Shown: positions 45,563 to 55,867, counted from the first letter of the stretch. The stretch is DNA of 64,000 bases from an archaeon (GCA_043803745.1 JAZDJS010000021.1:25357-89356); one strand, 5' to 3'. Made by a program: numbers and translations. Notes: generated from the sequence alone by a model not told the origin.

Positions 45563-46880
45563 TTAGAGTCCTAAATCCTGCGGGGTCACCAGGCCGATTC
45601 CTTCCGGAACCGCTCCGACGTTTATCTTACGCATGCCAACGACATACTTGACCGGCTTGCCCTTGAGCATGTCGAGGAGGCGGGATGTTATCACGCCGTC
45701 AAGGACGATTGCGTCCATCCCCTCAATGCCCTCGATGCTTCTCTGGAGCTCGGATATTGGAACGCGCCCGAGAATCTGGAGGTTGCTATCGAGGAGATAT
45801 GCCGCCCTTGTCCCGACAATCTCGTCAATGAATTTCTTGAACGTTTCCCTGTGGGGGGTGTCAAGCTCAACCGGCTTGGCCGGGGCTGCCGGCGGGGCAA
45901 CCATCCTCTGCTCCGGCGCAGGAGGCTGAGAATCCGTCCGTGTCTGCTGAGGCTGGGAATATCCCTGCCCTTGCTGAATCCCCCTCTGGGGCGCTTGGTC
46001 GGACTGGTCGGACTCGGAAATGTCGTCCCCCGTCGATGTTGGTATGTCCTGTATCGTTTCCCCGACCTGCTCGACCGCAACGCGCGCCCTGAGGCACTTG
46101 TGCAGTTCCTTCTTCTCAAGCTCCTCGACTTCCTTTCCGGAAGGCGCGCGGGCAATGTAGTCAATGTCCGCGACTTGCTTGACTTCCTTGAAAATCAGGT
46201 CTCCGCCCCTGTCGCCGTCAACGAAAAGGGTTGTTGTCTTTTTCCTGGAAAGCTCCGCAAGGCTTCCCGGCACGTGCGTTCCCCCGATTGCAACGCAGTT
46301 CTTTATCCCGTTCCTGAGGAGGTTCACCACGTCGGCCCGCCCCTCGACAACGATTATCTCGTCGCTATCAAGGATTCCGGAGCCGGCAGGCATCCTGTCC
46401 GGACCCCACTCGATTATTTCACCGATTCTCACCGATTCGCGGACCGCATCAGTCAGTTCCTGCGTGTCCGGAAGGGTTTCCCCTACGAGGTTCTTCAGTA
46501 TTTCCTTCGCCCGGTTTATTATCGACTTGCGCTTGGAAATCCTGACATCCTCGACTCCGAGGACTTTTATCGTTGCAGTGCAGGGCCCTACCCTGTCGAT
46601 CGTCTCAAGGGATGCCGCAATTATCGCGGTTTCAGCCTTGTCCATGCTCGAAGGTATCTCGATTGTCCCGCTCGTCCTTCCGGACTTGGAGTCAACAAGG
46701 ACCTCTATCCTCCCGATTCTTCCGGAACGCTGAAGCTCCCTGAGCTCCAAATCAGTTCCCAAAAGCCCCTCGGTCTGCCCGAAGATCGCCCCCGACAACA
46801 TCAGGCTTTTCGATTACCCCGTTCGCCTGGATTTGTGCCTTGACTATGTATTTTGACGATACTGGTGCTATTTTTCCCAT
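45563..46880 (-). CDS. dnaG: Archaeal DnaG (exosome-associated), with a +1 frameshift at 46789-46793
   Basis: MGKIAPVSSKYIVKA..GVIEKPDVVG is in one frame; GAIFGQTEGLLG..LQRSGRIGRI..VEGRADV..DGDRGG is in another. The switch falls in a G5 run. Confidence 0.92.
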
Positions 46881-46992
46881 GTCTTTCTTTTTCTCCTTTC
46901 TTAATTTCATTCGTTCGTTTCCAGGTCAGTCAGAAGAACTTTCAGAAACCCAGCAAAAACACCGCTGTTCCTTGAACCGACCGGGAGATTTT

Positions 46993-47382
46993 CTAGCCCT
47001 CATCAACCAGCTCGCATACATTCGCAAGCTGCTCGACAGCCGATTTGCCAAACAGTTTCGTCATTTTCCGGAAATGCATCACCGGATGCATGCCGAAATC
47101 CTCAAGCGTTTGCGCGACAAGGTTCGCGAGTTTCGCGCCTTCCCTGTCAGGATCAGTTAGTATTATTGCAGACTTCGCCTTCGTCTCTTTCCTCAGGTCT
47201 TCTGCTACCTTTTTCTGCACGGGACCGGGTTTCTCCGATACCCGCAGCACCGGGTTGGTTATTCCGAGTGTTCTTAAAGCTTTCTCATCGTTTCTTCCCT
47301 CGACGATTATTGGCAATCCGGACTCCTTCAGCTCGGAAAGGAGTTTTTTCGCCTCTTTGAGGGAATTTTCCCGGGAGCTCAT
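46993..47382 (-). CDS. Small TOPRIM-domain protein
   Basis: IIVEGRNDEKAL and ILTDPDREG motifs. Confidence 0.88.
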   Translation of the reverse strand: MSSRENSLKEAKKLLSELKESGLPIIVEGRNDEKALRTLGITNPVLRVSEKPGPVQKKVAEDLRKETKAKSAIILTDPDREGAKLANLVAQTLEDFGMHPVMHFRKMTKLFGKSAVEQLANVCELVDEG

Positions 47383-47519
47383 CCAGGGCGACATTTTCCC
47401 AAGTTTATATTTGGTTGTTTGCCCGAGCCCGCAAATTGCTTTCCTCTCAATTTTTCGGTCTTTTCTGAGGCCGCTTGAACAAACTATTTTAACCCCTTCC
47501 AAGTAATAGTCATGAGCCC

Positions 47520-48179
47520 ATGAAACCTGGACAAGACCGGCTTTCATCAAACCATCCCCGCTTGGCGCGGGAGATTCTCAAGCTGGCCGACTATGGAGAG
47601 CGGCGCGGCTTTGAAGTGATTTTCAATGGAAGCTGCGCCGCATATGCGCTCGGAATACTTGACAGGCCTCCCGGGGATGTCGATGCTCTGGTCGGACCGG
47701 GCGGGATAGACGAATATGCTTCTCCAATCTTTCGCAGGCCGAAGAAACGCAGGGAATGGCAGCTCCCGGATAGCAGTCAGCGAGGACTCTTGGCGGTTTT
47801 CAAGAATCCGTTGACCGGAGTCAAGATTGACTTGAACGAGATTTATCTTCGTAAGGAAGGGGTTGAGGTTCCCCAATATGATGAAATGAAGGCGGCTTGG
47901 GTTGAAATCGGCGGCAGGCAGGTAAGAGTGATGCCGCCTGAGGAAATGGTTTATAGGAAAATCGTTGCTCTTGGAAATAAAAGACGGGCTGCGAACGGAC
48001 TAGTTGAACGGGATTATGCCGACGCCCTCGAAATGTATGGGAAGGTATTGGCGGCAGGAAATTGGGATTCGGAATATTTCCTTGCAAGGGCGGCTCGGCT
48101 CGGGGACAACCTTCCAAAAGTTGCGGAAAGGTTTCCAAAGGCAACTCCTTTGATGAAGGAGCTAGGGCTTTTGGCATGA
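47520..48179 (+). CDS. Pol-beta-superfamily nucleotidyltransferase
   Basis: FNGSCA..RPPGDVDALV..KIDL..VMPPEE..K..D.AD. Confidence 0.75.
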   Translation: MKPGQDRLSSNHPRLAREILKLADYGERRGFEVIFNGSCAAYALGILDRPPGDVDALVGPGGIDEYASPIFRRPKKRREWQLPDSSQRGLLAVFKNPLTGVKIDLNEIYLRKEGVEVPQYDEMKAAWVEIGGRQVRVMPPEEMVYRKIVALGNKRRAANGLVERDYADALEMYGKVLAAGNWDSEYFLARAARLGDNLPKVAERFPKATPLMKELGLLA

Positions 48180-48215
48180 AAACGGGTTTAAAGTGAGGTT
48201 TAAGCGGACACGCAA

Positions 48216-49154
48216 ATGGCTGGGAAAGCGAAAAGGAAGCAGAAGCACGCATATGTTGTCGTGAACCTAGAGGGGGAGAATCTTGGCCCGGACTGGGAAA
48301 ACTATTCCCGGGCGCTTGGCTTGGAAATCAGGGAAATTGACGGGAAAACCGAGGAAATGCCGAAAGTTGGCAAGGGTGAAGTTGCCTTCCTAATGGGCGG
48401 GAACCAGACTGCGACAACCGCGGAAATTGCGGCAAGCTGTCCATATCTGCAGGGGCAAGTCGACCTTGTGAATAGAATAATTGACGGACAGAAGGGGCTT
48501 GCTGTCGGGGTCAATCTCGGCGCTCAGATAATCGCGCATGCTGTCGAGCCTGATTGCACGAAACCTTCCGGAATAATCCGGATCGGAGAGAGCGCAGTTC
48601 ATATAGACCCTGGCAACGAGCCAAGCCGGCAGGCTTTCTCGGGCGATGTTCCGTTCCAGGCAGTCAATTTCAACAGCTACGGAATCTACTTCAGCGAGCC
48701 GGAGCTTGATGTAACTATGCTTGCAACTTCCGGCAACTACAAGCAGTTTCCCTTCGAAGCGTTCTATGTCTTTGACGAAACGAGCGTGCCGCGCGCTTTC
48801 GGGACTGCCTACCACGGCGAGCCCGCCGAATATTTTGCCAGGATTTTCAAGAGCCTGGAATACCGGGATTTCCTCGGGACTGGAGAGGATGTTTTCACTT
48901 TCCTAAGAAAAAAGGCGGCGGAGGGACTTGTCTATTCCGGGGGAAAACCGCTTGCGCCGAATTCCCCTGTCCTGACAAGGAGGGGTTTTGCCAAACTCTC
49001 GCAGGAGCATGAGCTTGAGCGAAGAATTGCCGGGATACATTCCCTCCACAACACGGTTGTCTTGTCCGGGACTGCCGAAAAGGCGCGCGCCCAAAGCGCG
49101 CTTGTTGAAACCCTTGCGGAAGCCGGCAGGGGTTATCTGGGGAAGCTGAAATAA
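48216..49154 (+). CDS. Class I glutamine amidotransferase-like protein lacking the catalytic Cys
   Basis: LMGG, VGVNLGAQIIA (canonical GICLGxQ) and YHGE motifs. Confidence 0.7.
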   Translation: MAGKAKRKQKHAYVVVNLEGENLGPDWENYSRALGLEIREIDGKTEEMPKVGKGEVAFLMGGNQTATTAEIAASCPYLQGQVDLVNRIIDGQKGLAVGVNLGAQIIAHAVEPDCTKPSGIIRIGESAVHIDPGNEPSRQAFSGDVPFQAVNFNSYGIYFSEPELDVTMLATSGNYKQFPFEAFYVFDETSVPRAFGTAYHGEPAEYFARIFKSLEYRDFLGTGEDVFTFLRKKAAEGLVYSGGKPLAPNSPVLTRRGFAKLSQEHELERRIAGIHSLHNTVVLSGTAEKARAQSALVETLAEAGRGYLGKLK

Positions 49155-49168
49155 TTTTTTGGATGGAG

Positions 49169-49242
49169 TGGGCCTGCCGGGATTCGAACCCAGGTCCGAG
49201 GCTTCGGAAGCCCCTATTCTGTCCAAGCTATACTACAGGCCC
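49169..49242 (-). tRNA. tRNA-Arg(CCG)
   Basis: GGGCCTG...GGGGC-TTCCGAA-GCCTC...GGTTCGAATCC...CAGGCCC-A. Confidence 0.95.
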
Positions 49243-49305
49243 TTTGCCGCAAGGGAGAATTCTCCCCGCTTTTTATAAACTCGGATTTTCCTACTTTTGC
49301 CCTCC

Positions 49306-49383
49306 GGACCCGTAGCTTAGCTTGGATAGAGCGAGTGGCTTCGAACCACTAGGTCGGGGGTCCAAATCCCTCCGGGTCCGCCA
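49306..49383 (+). tRNA. tRNA-Arg(UCG)
   Basis: GGACCCG...AGTGG-CTTCGAA-CCACT...CGGGTCC-G-CCA; the T-loop reads TCCAAAT. Confidence 0.9.
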
Positions 49384-49511
49384 AGCGTCCCCTCAGATCT
49401 CGCCCAGGTGAAAGCGCGCATAATAGGCTTGACCTCCGGGTCCGCCAAGCGTCCCCTCAGATCTCGCCCAGGTGAAAGCGCGCATAATAGGCTTGACCTC
49501 CGGGTCCGCCA
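49369..49511 (+). repeat. Two exact 64-bp tandem units downstream of tRNA-Arg(UCG), each ending in the 15-bp tRNA 3' end
   Basis: CCTCCGGGTCCGCCA occurs at 49369, 49433 and 49497, and the intervening sequences are identical. Confidence 0.95.
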
Positions 49512-49574
49512 GAACCCATCCTCCGCGGAGGATCCGTTCGCGGGCGTCAAAGAAAGGTTGTGAAAAACCATAAA

Positions 49575-50024
49575 ATGGCTGCCAAAACAAAACGGGAAAA
49601 AAGGGCTTTTGCGAACGGCGATGCAATCATAATCCAAAAAGGAAAAATCCTCCTCGAGAAAAGGCATTCCGGAAAATGGGGCGGCTACTGGTGCCTTCCC
49701 GGGGGAAAGCTCAGGCAGGGGGAAAGCGTTTCGGCCGGAGTGGCAAGGGAGGTTTTCGAGGAGACCGGTTTCAGAGTAAGGATTGGGAAGCTTGCCGGAA
49801 TTTATTCGGGCAAGAAAAAATTTCGGGGAAGCACTTCAATTGACACAACGTTCTTTTCCGAAATAACCGGGGGAAAAGAAAGGCTCCAGAAGGAAGAGGT
49901 TGACGAGCTCGGCTGGTTCGGTCCGGAGAACCTTCCGGAAAAGCTGGCGTTCGACCACGACAAGAGAATCAAGGACGCCTTCGCAATAATCGGCGGAAGG
50001 AAGCGGGCACCTGTGATTTCCTGA
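49575..50024 (+). CDS. NUDIX hydrolase
   Basis: LPGGK..GES..AREVFEETG and LAFDH motifs. Confidence 0.93.
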   Translation: MAAKTKREKRAFANGDAIIIQKGKILLEKRHSGKWGGYWCLPGGKLRQGESVSAGVAREVFEETGFRVRIGKLAGIYSGKKKFRGSTSIDTTFFSEITGGKERLQKEEVDELGWFGPENLPEKLAFDHDKRIKDAFAIIGGRKRAPVIS

Positions 50025-50034
50025 CTCTCACAAC

Positions 50035-50919
50035 TCACTTCATTTCCAAGTGACCCATTATCTTGAAAATCAGCCGCGCGGCAAGGAAGGTCGTGATATT
50101 GTTCTCGTCGGGGATTACCTCGTTGATGTCAAAGCCGACTATTTCCGCGCTGGTGCAGACCGTCTTGATTATCTCAAGCCCGTCCTGATAGGAAAGGCCT
50201 CCTGGCTCGGGGGTTCCGGTTCCGGGGGCAACCGCGGGGTCGAACCCGTCAATGTCAATTGAAAAGTAGACTTTCTTCCCGGAAATCTCCCTTGCGAATT
50301 TCTTAAGGATTTCCGAAATGCCTCTCTTCCTGATTTCGTCCGAAAAGTGCAGGGTTATCTTGCCTGGGTTCTTCTCCGCAAGCTCGGCTTCCTCCGCCGA
50401 GATTGCCCGCACCCCGAATTCCACCAATCTCTTCCCGGAATCGAAAGCCCGCTTCATTACGCAGGCGTGGCTGAACTTGCTTCCCTCGTAGGAATCGCGC
50501 AAATCCCCGTGGGCGTCGATTGAGACCACGGTAACGTCCTTCGGGAAAGCCCCGATTGCGCCAATCGAGACCGAATGGTCGCCCCCAAGGACAACCGGAA
50601 TCTTCCCTTCATCCAGTATTTGGGAGACCGTTTCCCGCACACGCCTGCAGTTTTCCTCCGGGCTTGCCCCGGCAGTTTCGATCGGGGGCAGGGTTTCTAT
50701 TGCAGGGCAAATTTCCCTACCAAATTCCAGGTCGAAAAGCTCGACCTGCTTCGATGCCTCGATTATTGCGGCAGGCCCTTTCTTTGAGCCCGAACGGTAG
50801 CTTGCGGTTGAATCGAACGGAACGGAAATAACTGAAAAGCGCGGTTTTCGCGTTCCCTCAGTTTCGATTCCGAGAAATCCGAAGGGCGTTCCCCAAGAGG
50901 TTTTCTTTGCCATTGGCAT
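50035..50919 (-). CDS. speB: Agmatinase
   Basis: GGDHS, DAHGD, SHAC, DIDGFDP and GTPEPGG motifs. Confidence 0.93.
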   Translation of the reverse strand: MPMAKKTSWGTPFGFLGIETEGTRKPRFSVISVPFDSTASYRSGSKKGPAAIIEASKQVELFDLEFGREICPAIETLPPIETAGASPEENCRRVRETVSQILDEGKIPVVLGGDHSVSIGAIGAFPKDVTVVSIDAHGDLRDSYEGSKFSHACVMKRAFDSGKRLVEFGVRAISAEEAELAEKNPGKITLHFSDEIRKRGISEILKKFAREISGKKVYFSIDIDGFDPAVAPGTGTPEPGGLSYQDGLEIIKTVCTSAEIVGFDINEVIPDENNITTFLAARLIFKIMGHLEMK

Positions 50920-51015
50920 AGCAAATAGCCAAAATTTAAAAAAATACCCCTTAGGCGGGCATTCCGGGTGTTTGCGGAAAGCTTAAAAGGAGATTACTGT
51001 TCAGAAGTGTTGCAC

Positions 51016-51657
51016 ATGAAGGAACTCGAGAAGGAGGTTGCGTCTGGTGGGGGACCCGAGGGGGGACCCGAGGGGGGACCCGGTGGGGAACCTTGCGAGT
51101 GCACTTGCAAGGGCAATAAGGAGCCCGAGGAATCCGGAGCCAAAGTTACGCTTCAGTCGAAAGAAGAGGTTGGCAAGGAACTTCGGTTGCTTCGGCTTGC
51201 AGCGGATTTCGAGAACTACAAGAAGCGGACCGCGAAGGAATTCGCAGACCAGAGGAATTCCGGCAAGAAGGACCTGCTTGAAAAGCTAATCTCCCTTTCG
51301 GACACCTTCGAGCTTGCGCTCCATTCAGTGAAGAACGCAAGCCCCGAGGTTCTGAAGGGTTTCCTAATGATACAGAACCAGCTCAAAGCAATACTCTCCG
51401 GGGAAGGCGCCGAACCTTTCGGAACTTCTGGCGAGCATTTCGACCCGTTCAGGCACGAGGCTGTCGAATTCGTCGCTTCCGCGGGGGGCGCGGAAGAGGG
51501 AACTGTCTCGGAGGTAATCCAGAAGGGATACCTTTTCAAGGGGAACCTGCTCAGGCCCTGTGCGGTCAAGGTATTCAAGAACGCTACTCATCAGACAGGA
51601 GATGTCAAAGAAGATGCGGCACCCACGTCTGAACCTGAAATGAAACAAATGGAGTGA
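51016..51657 (+). CDS. grpE: Nucleotide exchange factor GrpE
   Basis: [17 protein letters not shown] and QKGY..LLRP motifs. Confidence 0.95.
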   Translation: MKELEKEVASGGGPEGGPEGGPGGEPCECTCKGNKEPEESGAKVTLQSKEEVGKELRLLRLAADFENYKKRTAKEFADQRNSGKKDLLEKLISLSDTFELALHSVKNASPEVLKGFLMIQNQLKAILSGEGAEPFGTSGEHFDPFRHEAVEFVASAGGAEEGTVSEVIQKGYLFKGNLLRPCAVKVFKNATHQTGDVKEDAAPTSEPEMKQME

Positions 51658-51665
51658 AGGAAAAC

Positions 51666-53525
51666 ATGACAAAAATAATCGGAATTGATCTGGGAACATC
51701 GAACTCGGCTGCCGCTGTTGTCGAAGGCGGGCGGCCGGTGATAATCCCTTCGGCTGAAGGCTCTACCGCCGCGGGGAAGACCGTCCCCTCGGTCGTCGCC
51801 TTTGCAAAGGACGGGACGCTTCTTGTCGGCGAGCCGGCTCGGAGGCAGGCTGCGGTCAATCCGGAAAGAACTGTCCTTGCAGTGAAGAGAAAGATGGGTC
51901 GAGTTGAGAAAATAGCCGTCGGGGGAAAGGAATATTCCCCGCAGGAGATTTCCGCCTTCCTCCTCCAGAAGATGAAGAAGGATGCTGAAGCGTACCTTGG
52001 CGGACCCGTGACAAAGGCGGTGATAACCGTTCCGGCATATTTCGACGACAACCAGAGGCAGGCAACGAAGGATGCGGGGACGATTGCGGGCCTGGAAGTG
52101 GTGAGAATAGTCAACGAACCGACTGCGGCAGCCCTTGCATTCGGTCTTGACAAATCCGGAAAGGATTCCAAGATAATGGTTTTCGACCTCGGGGGCGGAA
52201 CGCTTGACGTCACCATAATGGAGATGGGCGGGGGCGTCTTCGAAGTCAAATCGACCAGCGGGGACACGCAGCTCGGCGGGACAGACATGGACCGGGTGAT
52301 TGTCGACTACATCGTTTCCGAGTTCAAGGCTGCCGAGGGAATTGATATTTCCAAGGACAGGATGGCGAGCCAAAGGATACGGGAGGCTGCTGAAAAGGCT
52401 AAAATCGAGCTTTCCACGACAATGTCAACCGACTTGAACATTCCGTTCGTCTCGGCAACTGCCGAGGGACCGAAACATCTCGCAATGACTATCACGCGCG
52501 CGAAACTCGAGGAACTCGTCAACCCGATTGTCGAAAGGTGCCGCAAGCCAGTCAAACAGGCACTCTCGGATGCGGGGCTCCAGCCAAGCGAAATCGACAA
52601 GGTGCTCCTTGTTGGCGGACCCACGAGGATGCCGATTGTCCAGAAGCTTGTCGAGGAGCTTGTCGGGAAGAAAATAGAAAGGGGAGTCGACCCGATGGAA
52701 TGCGTTGCGCTCGGAGCGGCAATCCAGGGCGCGATTCTTTCCGGGGAAGTGAAGGATGTCGTTCTCCTCGACGTTACGCCGCTCTCGCTCGGAATCGAAA
52801 CCCTTGGCGGGGTTACTACGCGCCTGATTGACAGGAACACCGCAATCCCGGTGAAGAAGAGCCAGACCTTCTCGACAGCGGCAGACATGCAGACGAGCGT
52901 TGACATACACGTCCTCCAGGGGGAGAGGCCGATGGCGGCAGATAACGTCGAGCTCGGGAACTTTTCGCTGATAGGGATTCCGCCGGCGCCGAGGGGGATA
53001 CCTAAGATAGAGGTTTCCTTCGACATTGACGCAAGCGGGATAATGCATGTCTCGGCAAAGGATCTCGGGACAGGAAGGGAGCAGAAAATCCAGATTACCG
53101 CGCCGCACAAGCTTTCCAAGGACGAGATTGAAAAGAAGGTCAAGGATGCCGAGGCTTTCGCCGATGCCGACAAGAAGCGCATTGAGGAAGTCGAGCTTTA
53201 CAACGAAGCTGATGCGTTCATCTATACCGCTGAAAAGACGCTTGCGGATGTCGGGGACAAGCTTTCCGAAGACAAGAAAACCGAAGTCAAGAAATGGATT
53301 GGAGAGCTAAAGGAAGAGGTCCAGAAGAAGGATTCCGTGAAAGTGAAGGAGAAGCTTGACGCGCTCAGGAAGGCGGTCTCAGCCGCAAGCGAAGCGCTTT
53401 ACAAGGACAAGGACGGAGCGCCGCCCGGAGGAGAGGGGTTCACGAAGGAGCCCTCTGGCGGCGGACCTGAAAACGAGGAAACGTTCGACGCCGAATTCTC
53501 CAAGAAGAAAGAGGATGGAAAGTAA
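51666..53525 (+). CDS. dnaK: Chaperone DnaK
   Basis: [24 protein letters not shown] and DLGGGT motifs. Confidence 0.98.
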   Translation: MTKIIGIDLGTSNSAAAVVEGGRPVIIPSAEGSTAAGKTVPSVVAFAKDGTLLVGEPARRQAAVNPERTVLAVKRKMGRVEKIAVGGKEYSPQEISAFLLQKMKKDAEAYLGGPVTKAVITVPAYFDDNQRQATKDAGTIAGLEVVRIVNEPTAAALAFGLDKSGKDSKIMVFDLGGGTLDVTIMEMGGGVFEVKSTSGDTQLGGTDMDRVIVDYIVSEFKAAEGIDISKDRMASQRIREAAEKAKIELSTTMSTDLNIPFVSATAEGPKHLAMTITRAKLEELVNPIVERCRKPVKQALSDAGLQPSEIDKVLLVGGPTRMPIVQKLVEELVGKKIERGVDPMECVALGAAIQGAILSGEVKDVVLLDVTPLSLGIETLGGVTTRLIDRNTAIPVKKSQTFSTAADMQTSVDIHVLQGERPMAADNVELGNFSLIGIPPAPRGIPKIEVSFDIDASGIMHVSAKDLGTGREQKIQITAPHKLSKDEIEKKVKDAEAFADADKKRIEEVELYNEADAFIYTAEKTLADVGDKLSEDKKTEVKKWIGELKEEVQKKDSVKVKEKLDALRKAVSAASEALYKDKDGAPPGGEGFTKEPSGGGPENEETFDAEFSKKKEDGK

Positions 53526-53667
53526 GTCAAAGACCTTGCCCTGAACCACCCCGGACGCCCTCCGCAGACACAAGGAAGGCTCATGCGGAAAGGACTGAAT
53601 GCGTTTCCGCTGAAAGCCGCGTCTTCTACAGCTGCGCGGTTTCCTGGAAACTTTCGCCTGACTGAAC
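53526..53667. other. Structured intergenic element between convergent dnaK and the DsbA-like gene
   Basis: Stems GCGGAAA/TTTCCGC and GAAAGCCGCG/CGCGGTTTC, plus the end motif TGAACCACCCCGG. Confidence 0.4.
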
Positions 53668-54372
53668 TCAGTTGCCAAGCGCCGTGCTAAGGGCTGACGC
53701 GAATTCCGAGTACGGGCTTGCCCCTAGCGGGAGGCTTTCGCCGTTGAGGAGGAATCCCGGGGTCCCGGATATTCCGCTGCTTGCGCCCTCGGAAGCTTCC
53801 GCATCAATCTCGTCCTGGTATGCCGAGGAATCAAGGCATTCCGTGAACTTGGCTTCGTCAAGGCTGAGGCCCCTTGCATATTTTATCAGGCTTGCCCGGT
53901 CAAGGGCGCCCTGGTTCGCATAAAGCTCAGCCTCATAGTCGAGGAAACTCCCCTGCGCTTCCGCGCATTTGGCAGCGTTCGCGGCGATCTTCGCATTGCT
54001 GTGGAAGGAAAGCGGGAAGCTCTTCACCTCGAATTTCAAGAGCCCAGTGTCAATGAAATTCTCCTTGATTCCGGGAAATGCTCCTGTGAAAAAACTGGCG
54101 CAGTACGGGCATTGGAAGTCAGTGTACATTGTCAGGGTGAGCGGCGCATCAGCCTTGCCAATGAATCCAGGACCGCCGACTCCCGTAACTTTCGGGGGAC
54201 CCACATAGTTCGTCAGCTTGGAAATCATGAAGAAGTTCGAGACAACCGAGACGAGCAATATTGCCAAAAGCGCTACCGACACATATACCCACTTGTTCTT
54301 CGCGGTTACGACCTGTTCCGCGGGATTCTTAGCCTGCTCGTGGTGGTGAGTGTGTTGCTTCGCGCTTTCCAT
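53668..54372 (-). CDS. DsbA-like (Thioredoxin_4) membrane-anchored oxidoreductase
   Basis: TM helix, then TDFQCPYC, FPL..H and GTPGF motifs. Confidence 0.9.
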   Translation of the reverse strand: MESAKQHTHHHEQAKNPAEQVVTAKNKWVYVSVALLAILLVSVVSNFFMISKLTNYVGPPKVTGVGGPGFIGKADAPLTLTMYTDFQCPYCASFFTGAFPGIKENFIDTGLLKFEVKSFPLSFHSNAKIAANAAKCAEAQGSFLDYEAELYANQGALDRASLIKYARGLSLDEAKFTECLDSSAYQDEIDAEASEGASSGISGTPGFLLNGESLPLGASPYSEFASALSTALGN

Positions 54373-54462
54373 CCGCAGGGAACCCAACTACCTTTTTTAA
54401 ACTTAATTGATTCTGGAAACTGAGATAAAGGAATAAAAGGCGGCGCTAGAAGGTGCAGAACA

Positions 54463-55548
54463 ATGCCTGAAGATTACTATTCGATTCTGGGGATTTCCAA
54501 GAACGCAAGCACCGAGGAGGTAAAAAAATCCTTCAGGGCCCTTGCAAGGAAGCTCCACCCGGACGTCAGCAAGGCGCCCGACGCAACCGAGAAATTCAAG
54601 AAAATAAACGAGGCATATTCGGTCCTTTCCGACCCGGCGAAGAGGGCGAAATACGACCAGTTCGGCACTGCCGAGGGCTTTTCCGCCGGTCAGGATTTTT
54701 CCGGCTTTTCGGAATTCGGGGATTTCGGCGACATCGGAAGCATTTTCGAAACTTTCTTCGGAGGCGGGAGAGGGGCGTTCCAGTTTGGCGGAGAGGAACC
54801 TGAGGATGGCCCAAGGGCGCGGAACATAAGATACCCGGCTTCCGTCAGCCTGAAGGAGGCTTTCACGGGAACCGAGCGCAAAGTGCGGATTGACCGGATG
54901 GAAATCTGCGGGAACTGCAAAGGCGCGGGCGGCTTCAATCAATCAACGTGCAAAACCTGCGGCGGCCGGGGGCGGGTGGGAAAAACGAGGCGGACGATTA
55001 TCGGCGTTGTCCAGACTTTCGGAATCTGCCCTTCTTGCAGAGGACGGGGAGAAACCCATTCGAAGGAATGCGGAAGCTGCGGCGGGGGCGGCGCTGTTGA
55101 GGGACGGCAGGAGCTTACTGTGAAAATACCCGCCGGCGTCGAGGACGGGACGGTCCTACGCGTCAAGGGCGAAGGCGAGCTTGGCGGAGACCTTCTTGTC
55201 GCAGTTTCAGTCGAGGAGGATGAGAAATTCAAGAGGCGCGGCGCGGACCTTCTCTATCGAGCGGAAATAAGCTTCGCAAAGGCGGCGCTCGGCGGAACCC
55301 TGAACCTTGAGTCGATTGACGGACCCGCTGCGGTTGAACTGCCTGAGGGAACCCAGAGCGGGGAAGTTTTCACGATACAGAGGCGCGGGATGCCTTCCCT
55401 TCGCTCGGGAAGAAGGGGGGATTTGCTCGTCAAAGCAGTTGTGATTACCCCGAGGAAACTTTCCCAGAGGCAGAAGGAACTTTTGAGGGAACTTGACGGA
55501 GAGGGTCCCTCTTCCGGAACCAAAAAGAAGGGCCTCTTCGGGATTTGA
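54463..55548 (+). CDS. dnaJ: Chaperone DnaJ
   Basis: J-domain HPD, G/F-rich region and four CxxCxGxG repeats. Confidence 0.97.
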   Translation: MPEDYYSILGISKNASTEEVKKSFRALARKLHPDVSKAPDATEKFKKINEAYSVLSDPAKRAKYDQFGTAEGFSAGQDFSGFSEFGDFGDIGSIFETFFGGGRGAFQFGGEEPEDGPRARNIRYPASVSLKEAFTGTERKVRIDRMEICGNCKGAGGFNQSTCKTCGGRGRVGKTRRTIIGVVQTFGICPSCRGRGETHSKECGSCGGGGAVEGRQELTVKIPAGVEDGTVLRVKGEGELGGDLLVAVSVEEDEKFKRRGADLLYRAEISFAKAALGGTLNLESIDGPAAVELPEGTQSGEVFTIQRRGMPSLRSGRRGDLLVKAVVITPRKLSQRQKELLRELDGEGPSSGTKKKGLFGI

Positions 55549-55588
55549 TTAGGGAAAGGATTAATACGTACCTAAGCAGACTTTGCAA

Positions 55589-55861
55589 ATGACGCTTTTT
55601 CCAGTAACGGACCCCGTTGAAAGCAGGATGCGGGAGATTGCCCAGTTCCAGATTCCCTGCCCCCTGCACGACAGGAAAAAGTCGGTCGCTCCGGTGACCT
55701 GCCGGAACTGCTCCCAGAAGAAAACCTGCCCGGAGATTCAGGAGCTCCTTGGCGCGGGGCGGGGGTATGCCCTGAAATTCAAGGGGACCCTTCTGGAATC
55801 CGCAATGAAGCGTGCCGGGGAATCGAAGAGGAAGGCTGCGGAGTTCGTTCTGGAGGGCTGA
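55589..55861 (+). CDS. Small Cys-rich (zinc-binding) protein
   Basis: CPLH..CRNC..C pattern. Confidence 0.55.
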   Translation: MTLFPVTDPVESRMREIAQFQIPCPLHDRKKSVAPVTCRNCSQKKTCPEIQELLGAGRGYALKFKGTLLESAMKRAGESKRKAAEFVLEG

Positions 55862-55867
55862 AGCCGA

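Noticed and set aside
45851-46843. Long antisense ORFs (also 32859-33728, 40839-41696, 52307-53182)
   Set aside because: They lie opposite well-supported genes, which is expected in GC-rich, codon-biased DNA.
49393-49667. Minus-strand ORFs with a repeated peptide
   Set aside because: They are artefacts of translating the 64-bp tRNA trailer repeats.
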